A DNA stretch of 64,000 nucleotides from positions 1-64,000 of the forward strand of contig NIVC01003629.1 in the NCBI GenBank assembly GCA_002269645.1, in the 5' to 3' direction. The stretch comes from Macrostomum lignano. Taxonomy: Eukaryota. Below are positions 1 through 45,320 of the stretch, one piece after another (position 1 is the stretch's first letter; each line of letters begins with the position of its first letter). A model generated the notes under the pieces. The model saw only the letters and a list, made by a program, of their open reading frames with translations, was not told the origin of the DNA and made no database searches. A program made the translations under genes and the position numbers.

Positions 1-313
1 CTGCGGCCCAGACGTTCCATCGGATTCTGTCAGCTGACAATGCTTGATCAAGGTCGACCTGCTCGGCCTCGGCCTCTATTGATCCTTTCGCCTCAGTTGC
101 CCATCTCAGACCAGCAGCAGTTTAGCTTTGGTGTGGCTTTCAGTTTTTTGAAAATTTGTTTTTTTCGGCAGTGCATCCGCTGTTAAAATATTATTTGTCG
201 AAAAGTGCATGGCAAACTAGTGACTTTTACCCGTGTGCTTTCAGAAAGTTCTTTTTTTATTTTTTACTACCAGATATGCACGATTTGTTTCTGACTGCGT
301 CTCCCAATGCTGT

Positions 314-625
314 CAGCCTCCCAGATCCTCAGTTGCTGGGCCAGCCTCCAGATCCTCAGTTGCTGGGCCAGCCTCCCAGATCCTCAGTTGCTGGGCCAGC
401 CTCCCAGATCCTCAGTCGCTGGGCCAGCCTCCAGATCCTCAGTCGCTGGGCCAGCCTCCCAGATCCTCAGTCGCTGGCCAGCCTCCCAGATCCTCAGTTG
501 CTGGGCCAGCCTCCCAGTGTCAGTTGCTGGGCCAGCCTCCCAGATCCTCAGTTTCTGGGCCAGCCTCTTAAATCCTCAGTTGCTAGGCCAGCCTCCAGAG
601 TGTCAGTTGCTTGACCAGCCTCCCA
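314..625 (+). repeat. About 28-bp minisatellite (gccagcctcccagatcctcagttgctgg)
   Basis: About 11 direct units with the CCTCCCAGATCC core. Confidence 0.95.
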
Positions 626-1017
626 GCTGCTCTTACTTAAACATAAAGAATGAATAGCATATTAAAATTATTAAACTTGTGTTTTTTGCATTTTGCAATG
701 CCATGCAAGATCTCTAATTTGCTTGGAACTAAATTTTTATAATAGCATTGCCCTATTTTAGCCCCTATGTGCATGTCAAGCTAGTCTATCATCACGTCAC
801 ATCGCGTTCATTTTGCCCGATCTGCTTTGAAGTTTGAGTTGAAAATGATTGCCTGTAGTCGGAAATCAATGTATATTTTATAAGAATCCTTGGGTCTTGC
901 TGCTTCAAGAATATTTCTCTGAGTAATCCGCCCCTTCATCTCTTCATCAGCCATCTTCATCCGCCTACTAATTCGCAAACGCCTCTTCATTCCTGAAACC
1001 ATTCAAACCATCTGCAG

Positions 1018-4000
1018 CTTCGCCAACTGCCCGTGTATCAGGCGGGTGTGCCCGTACTGCCTGTTGGCCCAGCGGCTCTCGGCGGCGCAGGCGGCGGTCA
1101 GCCTCCCGGCATGTCGATGCTTCGTCACGTCAGTTCGACGCCAAAGTCTGGAGAAACCAGCGTTAGCGACAATCGACCTCTCGGTGAGTTGCAGCGTTAA
1201 CATTCAAGACGAGTATGGAGTACTCGTGAGTAGTATAGAGTAATCGTAAGTAGTATAGAGTCTCGTGAGTAGTATTGTGGTATATGCGCATATAAAGTAT
1301 ATTTCATTTCACACACATTGGCCATAGACACTGCCCCTGTTAACCCTGCGTTCTAAAGCTAATATAAGGAGAGCAAATATAAAGGAAATGAATGTTAACA
1401 TCGGCATGGCAAGAGCCCGCTACCAAGCTTGAGATTACTAACACATAATTCACCTGGACTTCGAGTTGGTAACGGAAGTCGGATGTAACATTGGCGACGA
1501 GGATTCTTCAGAAGAAGACAAAATGACCGCGCCAAATACTGCTTCGAAAATCAGCAATTTGATCCGGCACGACCTGAAAGGTGGACTGGTATACGAGGAG
1601 CGTCTGGAACAATACTTCATCGCTAAATCCATCACCAAAGAGGAGATTAAGCGAGCCGAGCTCATCACAGTAATTGGTGAAGACTGCTATACGTTGCTCA
1701 GACTTACTGTCTCCAGACTCTCCGAAGGACAAATCCTACGATGATTTAATTGAAAAGTTACGAACGCATTTCACCCCAACGCCGAAAAGAATCGTCGAGA
1801 GATACAACTTTCATCACCGAAGCCAGCAGGAAGGCGAATCCATTGCAGAGTACGTCGCGCAGCTACGGAAGTTGGCGGCGACCTGTTCGTTGGAGGCTTT
1901 TTGTCGGAGGCGATATCAGAGACAGACTGGTTTGTGGACTACGAAGCAAGCTGACACAGCAAAGGCTGCTGCAGGAGGACGATGTTTCACTGACGACGCA
2001 GTTAAAATCTCGACAGCAATCGAAATCGCAGAGAAGGGTGCAATGCGGATCCACACTGGAAGAGACATTGTCGGCCTGGCTCAGGCCAATGCGGTATATG
2101 GAAGATCATCTGCTAAGGGATCGGGACCGACGAATCCGGCCAGTTCAGACGACCGGTGCTACAGGTGCCTCTCTTCTGGGCACTGGGCGAGAAGCTGTCA
2201 AAAGATCGCATGTCTGCAGTCGATGCAATAAACCAGGTCATGTTGAGAAGGCGTGCAGGACGAAGCAGAAGCAGTTCAGGGAAAACCAACCGTCGCACAG
2301 CAAGAAGAAGTTCAAACCCAAGCAGAGCTACAAAGGTAGGAAAATAAAGCATCTGAGCGCAAATGTTCATACTGACGCGTCATGCTATGGTGTCGGCGCG
2401 GTGCTTTCACTCATTATGAGCGATTCGGATGAGAAGCCGATCTGTTATGCGTCAGAGGCCTGTCCAAGGCTGAGAAGAACTATTCGCAGATAGAAAAGGA
2501 AGGTTTAGCAATAGTCTTCGCGGTGAAAAAGTTCCACCAGTATTTGTACGGCAGACGGTTTATTCTGGTCACTGACCATAAACCGCTTGTGACGATATTC
2601 GGTCCGAAGAACAACATTCCAAGCATAGCTGCCAGTCGGTTGCAGCGCTGGGCTGTGATTCTGTCAGCCTATCAGTTCGAGATTCGATACAGGCGGACAG
2701 ACGAATATGGAAATGCGGACGCGTTGTCAAGACTGCCGCTGGAGAGTACTAAGTCCACGGAGGATGGTGTGTTCCAGAATCGCATAGAGGCTCAACCAAT
2801 CGACCATGGAGAGTTAAAGAGAGCAACAGCGATGGACGAAAATCTGTCCCGTGTTCTGCGATACTGTCGTTTTGGGTGGCCAGAACATAGCGAACAAGAG
2901 CTTCAGCCCTACCACTCGAGGCGAAACGAGCTGAGTGTTGAAGATGGAGTCATCTTTTGGGGCATCAGGATGTTGATCCCTGCTTCACTGAAGCAGCAGC
3001 TACTGCAACTGCTACACGAAGGGCACCCCGGCATTGTGGGCATGAAGTCCCTGGCACGGCTGCATGTATGGTATCCAGGGATCGATAAAGACATCGAGAC
3101 GGCTCTAACAAATGCAAGGGCTGTCAAGCGCAGAGGAACCTGCCGCCACAGGCGCCACTGCAGCCGCTGCTCTGGCCAGAAAAGGCATGGACTCGACTTC
3201 ACTTGGACTTCTTTGGTCCATGCTACGGGTTCATGTGGCTTGTCGTTGTCGATGCCACAACCAAATGGGTTGAAATTTACCCGATGAGGTCGGCGACTGC
3301 CCATGGCACGATCAGCAAGCTGCAGGAAACTTTCGCGAGATATGGTTATCCGAGGCAAATCCTCTCTGACAATGGGTCGCAGTTCACTGCTGAGGAATTT
3401 AAAAACTACCTTCGAAGCTGCCGCATCACACAAATTCTGACGTCGGTGGGCATCCAAGATCGAATGGACTAGCCGAACGAATGGTTCAGACCGCCAAAAG
3501 AGCGTTAAGAGCGGGCATGAAGGACTCTCATGATGCACTAGGATGCCTAAATGCTTTTCTAGCGCGCTACCGAGTTACGCCACACTCTACAACCGGCAAG
3601 ACGCCTAGCGAGATGATGCTAAAGTACTCGCCAAGAACTAAACTTAGTCATCTTCACCAGGACACCGAGCAAAGAGTTGCTGAGAAGCAGGAGCAGCAGA
3701 AGCAGCAACACGACAAGGGAGCTTCAAAAGTAGCCCGTGAGTTTGAACCTGGAGAATCTGTGCTCGTGCTCGACTTCAGGAAGCAAGGAGAGGACAAATG
3801 GGCCGTCGGAGAAATTCTTAAACGCCGTGCACAACTCTCATGTCTGGTGAAAGTAGGCCGCATGGTCTGGAAACGGCACGTGGACCACATTACTTCGACA
3901 GGACTTCAAACGGAGAGCAAGGCCGCTTTGTCCATGAATTACTGGAGCAGCTAATCGGGAAAGGCAATAACGAGTCGCAGGCAGTTAACTCAGGCGGAGG

Positions 4001-7000
4001 AGCGACAACCAAGACTAGATGTGCGGAGACTGCCCAGGCCAGGAGGCATCGCTACAAGCATGAGGATGTGCCTCTAACTCAGACCAGACTGAGATGAAGT
4101 ATAAAGTATAAAGTACTCGTGAGTAGTGTAGAGTACTCTGGAGTAGTATAGAGTACTCGTGAGTAGTATAATTAATTACTCGTGAGTGTAGAATACTCGT
4201 GAGTAATATTGCAGTAGATTAGTATAGAGTACTCAGGAGTAGTATAGAGTACTCAGGAGTAGTATAGAGTACTCGTGAGTAGGATGAGTAATCGTGAGTA
4301 ATATTGGAGTACTCCTGAGTAATATTGAAGTACTCGTGAGTAGTATGAAGTACTTGTCAGTAGTATGGATAATTTTTGCTATTAGTAAATAAGAATGATT
4401 ATAACAAATAAATCTGATACTTGTCCCTGATTCCAGCCATTGTCAGCGCTAACAGCAAACAGCAGCATCACAATAACAACAACAATCAGAGCATCAGCTC
4501 CGCGCCAACAGTAGACCTGTCATATTCATCAGCGGCTGGCCAATCTCAGCACCTGATGCTGCAGAAGCAATTAATTCAACGTCAACAACAGCTGCTCGCA
4601 GCCTCCGCATCCGCTACAGTTCCCGTGTCGCCACTTGCCAACGATTATAGCGATGAAGACGACTCCAATACTAATAATAATAATAGTAGTAGTAATAATA
4701 ATCACCATAATAGCGATTCGGACAGCGATGAGGCAGCTAATGTTGATCAACAAAGCGGCGATCGATTCTACGACGATGTTGCCGATGAAGATGACGACGA
4801 CATCGATGAAGACAGCTCCATCGACGGTGATGAGGAAGCTGACGACAGCGTTCCCGGGATGGAAGGCTACGAGCAGGTGCCCGCTAAACAGCCGGACCTG
4901 AGCAGGCAGCCTGAGCGGGGCATCATTAAACTGCCAGGAAGCAAGGGAAGGATAAGGTAAGCTGTTAAAATGCTCTTGTTATTAGTATATCTGTCTAGAT
5001 CCTCCATTTTCACTCTTTGGGGCTGTTGCTATTTTTCCAGATCCCTCTACTTGCTCCAATCGCTGTCCCAACTTAATCCAACCACCCTCCCAGATCCCCA
5101 ACTTAACCCAAATCCCCTCCCAGATCCCCAACTCGACCCAAGTCCCCTCCTAAATCCCCAACTTGACCCAAATCCCCTCCAAATCCCCAACTTGACCCAA
5201 ATCCCTCCCAAATCCCCAACTTGACCCAGATCCCCAACTTGACCCAAATCCCCTCCCAGATCCCGAACTTGACCCAACTCCCCTCCCAGATCCCGAACTT
5301 GACCCAACTCCCCTCCCAGATCCTCAACTTGACCCAAATCCCCTCCCAGATCCCGAACTTGACCCAACTCCCCTCCCAGATCCCCAACTTGACCCAACTC
5401 CCCTCCCAGATCCTCAACTTGACCCAAATCCCCTCCCAGATCCCGAACTTGACCCAACTCCCCTCCCAGATCCTCAACTTGACCCAACTCCCCTCCCAGA
5501 TCCTCAACTTGACCCAAATCCCCTCCCAGATCCCGAACTTGACCCAACTCCCCTCCCAGATCCTCAACTTGACCCAAATCCCCTCCCAGATCCCGAACTT
5601 GACCCAACTCCCCTCCCAGATCCCGAACTTGACCCAACTCCCCTCCCAGATCCTCAACTTGACCCAACTCCCCTCCCAGATCCTCAACTTGACCCAAATC
5701 CCCTCCCAGATCCCTAACTTGACCCAACTCCCCTCCCAGATCCTCAACTTGACCCAAATCCCCTCCCAGATCCCGAACTTGACCCAACTCCCATCCCAGA
5801 TCCCGAACTTGACCCAACTCCCCTCCCAGATCCTCAACTTGACCTAAATCCCCTCCCAGATCCCGAACTTGACCCAACTCCCCTCCCAGATCCCCAACTT
5901 GACCCAACTCCCCTCCCAGATCCTCAACTTGACCCAACTCCCCTCCCAGATCCTCAACTTGACCCAAGTCCCCTCCTAAATCCCCAACTTGACCCAAATC
6001 CCCTCCCAAATCCCCAACTTGACCCAAATCCCCTCCCAAATCCCCAACTTGACCCAAATCCCCTCCCAAATCCCCAACTTGACCCAAATCCCCTCCCAGA
6101 TCCCCAACTTGACCAAATCCCCTCCCAGATCCCGAACTTGACCCAACTCCCCTCCCAGATCCCGAACTTGACCCAACTCCCCTCCCAGATCCTCAACTTG
6201 ACCCAAATCCCCTCCCAGATCCCGAACTTGACCCAACTCCCCTCCCAGATCCTCAACTTGACCCAACTCCCCTCCCAGATCCTCAACTTGACCCAAATCC
6301 CCTCCCAGATCCCGAACTTGACCCAACTCCCCTCCCAGATCCTCAACTTGACCCAACTCCCCTCCCAGATCCTCAACTTGACCCAAATCCCCTCCCAGAT
6401 CCCGAACTTGACCCAACTCCCCTCCCAGATCCTCAACTTGACCCAAATCCCCTCCCAGATCCCGAACTTGACCCAACTCCCCTCCCAGATCCCGAACTTG
6501 ACCCAACTCCCCTCCCAGATCCTCAACTTGACCCAACTCCCCTCCCAGATCCTCAACTTGACCCAAATCCCCTCCCAGATCCCGAACTTGACCCAACTCC
6601 CCTCCCAGATCCTCAACTTGACCCAAATCCCCTCCCAGATCCCGAACTTGACCCAACTCCCATCCCAGATCCCGAACTTGACCCAACTCCCCTCCCAGAT
6701 CCTCAACTTGACCCAAATCCCCTCCCAGATCCCGAACTTGACCCAACTCCCCTCCCAGATCCCCAACTTGACCCAACTCCCCTCCTAGATCCTCAACTTG
6801 ACCCAACTCCCCTCCCAGATCCTCAACTTGACCCAACTCCCCTCCCAGATCCCCAACTTGACCCAACTCCCCTCCCAGATCCTCAACTTGACCCAAATCC
6901 CCTCCCAGATCCCAAACTTGACCCAACTCCCCTCCCAGATCCCCAACTTGACCCAACTCCCCTCCCAGATCCCAAACTTGACCCAACTCCCCTCCCAGAT

Positions 7001-10000
7001 CCCGAACTTGACCCAACTCCCCTCCCAGATCCCGAACTTGACCCAACTCCCCTCCCAGATCCCCAACTTGATCTAACTCCCTTTAGATCCCCAACTTGAC
7101 CCAACTCCCCTCCCAGATCCCCAACTTGACCCAACTCCCCTCCCAGATCCTCAACTTGACCCAAATCCCCTCCTAGATCCCGAACTTGACCCAACTCCCC
7201 TCCCAGATCCTCAACTTGACCCAAATCCCCTCCCAGATCCCGAACTTGACCCAACTCCCCTCCCAGATCCCGAACTTGACCCAACTTCCCTCCCAGATCC
7301 TCAACTTGACCCAACTCCCTTTAGATCCCCAACTTGATCTAACTCCCTTTAGATCCCCAACTTGACCCAAATCCCCTCCCAAATCCTCAACTTGACCCAA
7401 ATCCCCTCCCAGATCCCCAACTTGACCCAAATCCCCTCTCAGATACCCAGCTTGATCCAACCACTGTCCCAGTTCCCCAACTTGATCCAACCAGTCTCCC
7501 AGATCCCAAATTATTTCAACTCCCCTTCCAGATCCTTAACTTGATCCAACTCCCCTCCCAGATCCCCAACTTGACCCAAATCCCTCCCAAATCCCCAACT
7601 TGATCCAACTCCCCTTCCAGATCCTTTACTTGATCCAACTCCCCTCCCAGATCCCCAACTTGACCCAAATCCCCTCCCAAATCCCCAACTTGACCCAAAT
7701 CCCCTCCCAAATCCCCAACTTGACCCAAATCCCCTCCCAGATCCCGAACTTGACCTAACTCCCCTCCCAGATCCCGAACTTGACCCAACTCCCCTCCCAG
7801 ATCCCCAACTTGATCTAACTCCCTTTAGATCCCCAACTTGACTCAACTCCCCTTAGATCCCCAACTTGACCCAACTCCCCTCCCAAATCCCCAACTTGAC
7901 CCAAATCCCCTCCCAAATCCCCAACTTGACCCAAATCCCCTCCCAGATCCCCAACTTGACCCAAATCCCCTCCCAGATCCCCAACTTGACCCAAATCCCC
8001 TCCCAGATCCCCAACTTGACCCAACTCCCCTCCCAGATCCCCAACTTGATCTAACTCCCTTTAGATCCCCAACTTGACCCAACTCCCCTTAGATCCCCAA
8101 CTTGACCCAAATCCCCTCCCAAATCCCCAACTTGACCCAAATCCCCTCCCAAATCCCCAACTTGACCCAAATCCCCTCCCAGATCCCCAACTTGACCCAA
8201 ATCCCCTCCTAGATCCCCAACTTGACCCAAATCCCCTCCCAGATCCCCAACTTGACCCAACTCCCCTCCCAGATCCCCAACTTGACCCAACTCCCCTCCC
8301 AGATCCCCAACTTGATCCCACTCCCCCCCAGATCCCCAACTTGATCCAACCACTATGTCAAATAGCAATCATCTAAACCTTTCAACCCCTTCCAGGCCTC
8401 CCGCAGCGGAACCCGTCCAGCCGCTGTCACCACCGCCAACACGTCGCCGTCTTCAGACGCCGCCGCCGACACGTCAGGCGGCTCATCCACTGCCGGCGCC
8501 ACTCCCCGCTCTGGCCTGGCAGCGAAAATCAAGCGCAAAGATTCTCTAGCCAGATTTCTAGAATCTCAGAAAGTCGAACGTCGCCAGATTCTATCGGTAC
8601 GGCGAGTGCCGTCCAAGGAACGTCGCGAGGAGCGCGACAGAATCGGCAGCGTGCTGGAACGTCGCCTGAGTCAACGACCGACGCCAGAGGAGCTACAGTG
8701 TCGGAATATTCTGCACAACAAGTCGGAAGCGGCTCTGGAGACCGAGAAGCAGCAGATTATCAAATATCTGACTAGAAAGCTGAGCTTCCGACCCACAATT
8801 CAGGAATTGCGAGAGAAGCGCATCATCCGATTCAATGACTATGTGGAGGTCACCGACACGGAGGAGTACGACAGGGCTGTAGACAAGCCGTGGACTCGGC
8901 TGAATGCGGTGGATAAGGTTTGTTGCAGTGCTCAACTGGCCTTTCTGCCTTTATTTAGATCCTTTGGGATCAAGCGTTCATTAGCTGTTTAACTAGACAT
9001 CATCCCAGATCCTCAGGTGACCAGCCTCCTGGATCCTCGGGTGACCAGCCTCCCTGATCCTCAGGTGATCAGCCTCCCAGATTCCCAGGTATGACCAGCC
9101 TCCCAGATCCCCAGGTATGACCAGCCTCCCAGATCCTCAGGTGACCAGCCTCCCAGATCCCCAGGTATGACCAGCCTCCCAGATCCCCAGGTATGACCAG
9201 CCTCCCAGATCCCCAGGTATGACCAGCCTCCCAGATCCCCAGGTATGACCAGCCTCCCAGATCCCCAGGTATGACCAGCCTCCCAGATCCCCAGGTATGA
9301 CCAGCCTCCCAGATCCCCAGGTATGACCAGCCTCCCAGATCCCCAGGTATGACCAGCCTCCCAGATCCCCAGGTATGACCAGCCTCCCAGATCCCCAGGT
9401 ATGACCAGCCTCCCAGATCCCCAGGTATGACCAGCCTCCCAGATCCCCAGGTATGACCAGCCTCCCAGATCCTCGGGTGACCAGCCTCCCAGATCCTCAG
9501 GTGACCAGCCTCCCAGATCCTCAGGTGACCAGCCTCCCAGATCCCTAGGTGACCAGCCTCCCAGATCCTCAGGTGACCAGCCTCTCAGATCCCCAGGTGA
9601 CCAGCCTCCCAGATCCTCAGGTGACCAGCCTCTCAGATCCCCAGGTGACCAGCCTCCCAGATCCTCAGGTGACCAGCCTCTCAGATCCCAGGTGACCAGC
9701 CTCCCAGATCCCCAGGTATGACCAGCCTCTCAGATCCCCAGGTGACCAGCCTCCCAGATCCTCAGGTGACCAGCCTCCCAGATCCTCAGGTGACCAGCCT
9801 CCCAGATCCCTAGGTGACCAGCCTCCCAGATCCTCAGGTGACCAGCCTCTCAGATCCCCAGGTGACCAGCCTCCCAGATCCTCAGGTGACCAGCCTCTCA
9901 GATCCCCAGGTGACCAGCCTCCCAGATCCTCAGGTGACCAGCCTCTCAGATCCCCAGGTGACCAGCCTCCCAGATCCCCAGGTATGACCAGCCTCCCAGA

Positions 10001-10750
10001 TCCTCAGGTGACCAGCCTCCCAGATCCCCAGGTATGACCAGCCTTCCAGATCCTCAGGTGACCAGCCTCCCAGATCCTCGGTGACCAGCCTCCCAGATCC
10101 TCAGGTGACCAGCCTCTCAGATCCCCAGGTGACCAGCCTCCCAGATCCTCAGGTGACCAGCCTCTCAGATCCCCAGGTGACCAGCCTCCCAGATCCTCAG
10201 GTGACCAGCCTCTCAGATCCCCAGGTGACCAGCCTCCCAGATCCCCAGGTATGACCAGCCTCCCAGATCCTCAGGTGACCAGCCTCCCAGATCCTCAGGT
10301 GACCAGCCTCCCAGATCCTCAGGTGACCAGCCTCTCAGATCCCCAGGTGACCAGCCTCCCAGATCCTCAGGTGACCAGCCTCTCAGATCCCCAGGTGACC
10401 AGCCTCCCAGATCCTCAGGTGACCAGCCTCTCAGATCCCCAGGTGACCAGCCTCCCAGATCCCCAGGTATGACCAGCCTCCCAGATCCTCAGGTGACAGC
10501 CTCCCAGATCCTCAGGTGACCAGCCTCCCAGATCCTCAGGTGACCAGCCTCCCAGATCCCCAGGTTACCAGCCCCCAGATCCTCAGGTAAAGCAGATCAG
10601 TAATAGAACTTATGCAACCCCAATTTAAGCTCATACAATGGAAAATTCCAATTTCAGGCTCGCATCCGTAAAGAGTTGAACGACTTCAAAGCCTACGAAA
10701 TGCCGGTTCACGAGGAAAGCAAGAGATTCACTCGATTTCATAAGCCCTAA
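1018..10750 (+). CDS. phactr: Phosphatase and actin regulator (PHACTR, RPEL-repeat protein), multi-exon; 5' end possibly outside the window or not identified
   Basis: Exons 1018-1183 (lower confidence, LRQLPVYQAG...), 4437-4956 (acidic/Asn-rich, ...RGIIKLPG), 8396-8917 (KIKRKDSLARFL; RPEL repeats RRLSQRPTPEELQCRNIL and RKLSFRPTIQELREKRII; RFNDYVEVTDTEEYDRAVDKPWTRL) and 10658-10750 (ARIRKELNDFKAYEMPVHEESKRFTRFHKP*). The C-terminus matches the conserved PHACTR PP1-binding tail. All introns are GT-AG; one phase mismatch at 4956/8396 is unresolved. Confidence 0.93.
1276..1490 (+). repeat. Putative 5' LTR of the Gypsy element, followed by the primer-binding site
   Basis: Begins TG (tgtggtatat) and ends CA (atgtaaca), immediately followed by ttggcgacgagg, a PBS-like TGGCGACGAG. 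No second copy is visible. Confidence 0.7.
1276..4100 (+). mobile_element. Defective Ty3/Gypsy LTR retrotransposon (Mag-like) in a PHACTR intron; gag, RNase H and integrase present, protease and RT deleted, 3' LTR absent
   Basis: Gag fragments (YEERLEQYF; ERYNFHHRSQQEGESIAEYVAQLRKLA; IRDRLVCGL), two CCHC knuckles (CYRCLSSGHWARSC, CSRCNKPGHVEKAC), RNase H (TDASCYGVGAVL, EKEGLAIVFAVKKFHQYLYGRRFILVTDHKPL), integrase (HEGHPGIVGMK, SDNGSQF). Several frameshifts. Confidence 0.92.
4100..4370 (+). repeat. About 20-bp degenerate minisatellite (gagtactcgtgagtagtata); the same repeat also lies at 1213-1275
   Basis: The same unit flanks both ends of the Gypsy insertion. Confidence 0.85.
5087..8352 (+). 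repeat. 30-bp minisatellite (ccctcccagatcc(c/t)(c/g)aacttgacccaa(a/c)tc), about 3.3 kb
   Basis: About 100 tandem units filling a PHACTR intron; source of the many repetitive ORFs. Confidence 0.98.
8396..8917 (+). CDS. phactr: PHACTR exon with C-terminal RPEL repeats
   Basis: Acceptor ttccag|gcc at 8395/8396 and donor aag|gtttgt at 8917/8918; open frame with RPEL motifs, overlapping ORF 8606..8992. Confidence 0.92.
9000..10588 (+). repeat. 24/26-bp minisatellite (gaccagcctcccagatcc(t/c)caggt[at])
   Basis: About 60 tandem units filling the last PHACTR intron. Confidence 0.98.
10658..10750 (+). CDS. phactr: PHACTR last coding exon
   Basis: Acceptor atttcag|gct; 30 codons ending TRFHKP-TAA; phase 0, matching the upstream donor. 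Confidence 0.92.
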   Translation, partial: ARIRKELNDFKAYEMPVHEESKRFTRFHKP

Positions 10751-11611
10751 TTTAACTTACACTAGCAAGTACAGTATGTACTGCACAGGTAATATTTAGC
10801 AGATCAATATTTTCCTGTCTTTACCAATCATGTGAAGTGACTCATTTTTCAAATGCAGCTTTTCTAGACAAAAACAAACATTTTGTTAACAATGTCCACT
10901 ATTTTGGTTGACTACTTCTAGTAGGCTATGCGCGTGTGTTGGTTTCTACTCGATTAATAAAAAAAACAGTTGCGCAATAGAAGTTCTGTTCATTCATTAC
11001 TGATTATATTAGACGGGCGTGTGCTGTGCTTGTCTTTTATTTTTCCGTCTCCCAAATAGACTGCTCTGCGAACTTCTATAGCGGTTTTTCTGGCCTTACA
11101 AATACTCAGCTGCTGTGAGATATGGCAATTTTTTCTGTCTTATTTGTGTAGCTCGAGGTTTCAACATGTGCTAGCTATTACCTGTTTAACAGCTGAATGT
11201 CATTTAGACGCACACACCCTTGATGGTGGACAATAATATTATTGTATTAGTAAATCATTTTCCCTTTGCCTGGTGACTAACTAAATGACTAATTTACTTA
11301 CTATCTGCTTTTTAACGGCATCTGGACACTGTAAATTGTTGCTTTTCACTATACATCATGGCTTTAATTTCAAAACTTATTAATAATAGAATAAATAATT
11401 TAAACAGTAAATTGCGTTTATTTAGTTGAACAGAAGATTAACAGAAGCGTTAATCCCTTTTTGTAAGTTTTCATGCCATTTTTCTCTAAAATGCGTTCAT
11501 ATAATTCGTTGAGTGGCTTTCACTGTTAAATTATTAAAACTTAAACCTTGCTAGCATTAACAAATTTCACCTGCTCAGCCGCAGCACTCAACCGTTGTAC
11601 AGCCCACGTGC

Positions 11612-12290
11612 CACCCCACTGAATCCACCACCTCATTGAATCCACCACCTCGTTGAATCCACCACCCTAATAAACCCACCAGCCAATTAAACCCACCACC
11701 CCACTAATTCCGCCACCCCAATAAACCCACCATCCCATTGAATCCACCACCCCATTGAATCCACCACCCCATTGAACCCACACCCATTGAATCCACCATC
11801 CCATTGAACCCACCACCCCATTGAACCCACCACCCATTGAATCCACCATCCCATTGAATCCACCACCCCATTGAACCCACCACCCCATTGAACCCACCAC
11901 CCCATTGAACCCACCACCCATTGAATCCACCATCCCATTGAACCCACCACCCCATTGAATCCACCACCCCATTGAATCCACCATCCCATTGAACCCACCA
12001 CCCCATTGAACCCACCACCCATTGAATCCACCATCCCATTGAATCCACCACCCCATTGAACCCACCATCCCATTGAACCCACCACCCCATTGAACCCACC
12101 ATCCCATTGAACCCACCATCCCATTGAATCCACCATCCCATTGAATCCACCACCCCATTGAACCCACCATCCCATTGAACCCACCACCCCATTGAACCCA
12201 CCATCCCATTGAACCCACCATCCCATTGAATCCACCATCCCATTTAATCCACCACCTCATTTAATCCACCACCCCATTTAATCCACTACC
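11612..12290 (+). repeat. 14-17-bp C-rich minisatellite (ccaccaccccattgaa(c/t)) between the convergent PHACTR and ninein 3' ends
   Basis: Direct tandem units. Confidence 0.95.
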
Positions 12291-13036
12291 CGATAGCCAC
12301 TCCATGCCAAATTTAGCAACAAAAATTCACGATCTGAATTTGGTAGAAGTAATAAATTAGTTTTAAAGTTTATTTATTGATTTTGATTTTAATACAAGGC
12401 AATACTTTAATAGTTTATAAAATAATAATTACTGCAGCTGTTACTAATTTTCATTAAAAATTTTATTTGCAAAAATGGCGGCTGATAAAAGTTGCAGCAG
12501 ATGAGATTAATACCTGCTGTTAGAACCCTTACACCATCGTTTCTTTAGAGAGACCCACTTACTTAAACTAAAGGCGCAGCCTCTTCAATATGAAGCATGT
12601 TATGAATGGAAGAAAAATAAACACAAGATACCTCAGTAAATGAAAACAAAAATAACTCAAAATCATTAAGCTTATTAACGTTTGAGTAACACTTCGTTAC
12701 TCGACAAGGAGTCAACTTAAACGAAAATATGTTTCTAGAGCGGCAAGTTTCAACGACTTTGTTTTTCTGCTCTCAAAAGTAATGCGAAAATTTAAATAAA
12801 ATCAACAACGAAACCCGCGCAGTAACTGTTTTTCACGAGTCTTGTACTTTCTGGAGCGTCATAAAAGTGCAAGGGAAATAATTTTCCCCAATTAAAGCAT
12901 TTTATACTTTATTGTTGAGAGGAATGGCAAAGGAATGCAAAGTTGAAAATGAGGAGATTGTTCCGTGTCTGGTGCTCTTGTGAAACTCATTGGTCAGGTA
13001 TCTCAGTGAGCGGCCGTGTCTCATTGGTCAGGTATC

Positions 13037-45320
<32,284 letters not shown>

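Noticed and set aside
1-135. Possible upstream PHACTR exon at the window start
   Set aside because: Frame 1 is open but has no recognisable motif and only a weak, phase-incompatible donor, so it cannot be supported.
808-1203. Minus-strand ORFs 808..1002 and 1003..1203
   Set aside because: No recognisable motif; the second is antisense to the probable PHACTR exon 1018-1183.
5047-8376. Many long ORFs (GQVGDLGG, TQLPSQIPNL, WEGSWVK repeats)
   Set aside because: They are translations of a 30-bp intronic minisatellite, open in several frames on both strands, with no splice-compatible link to PHACTR.
11667-12260. Gly/Trp-rich ORFs resembling structural proteins (also 22060-23180, 41968-42656)
   Set aside because: All three frames are open because of the mini- or microsatellite sequence; there is no coding signal.
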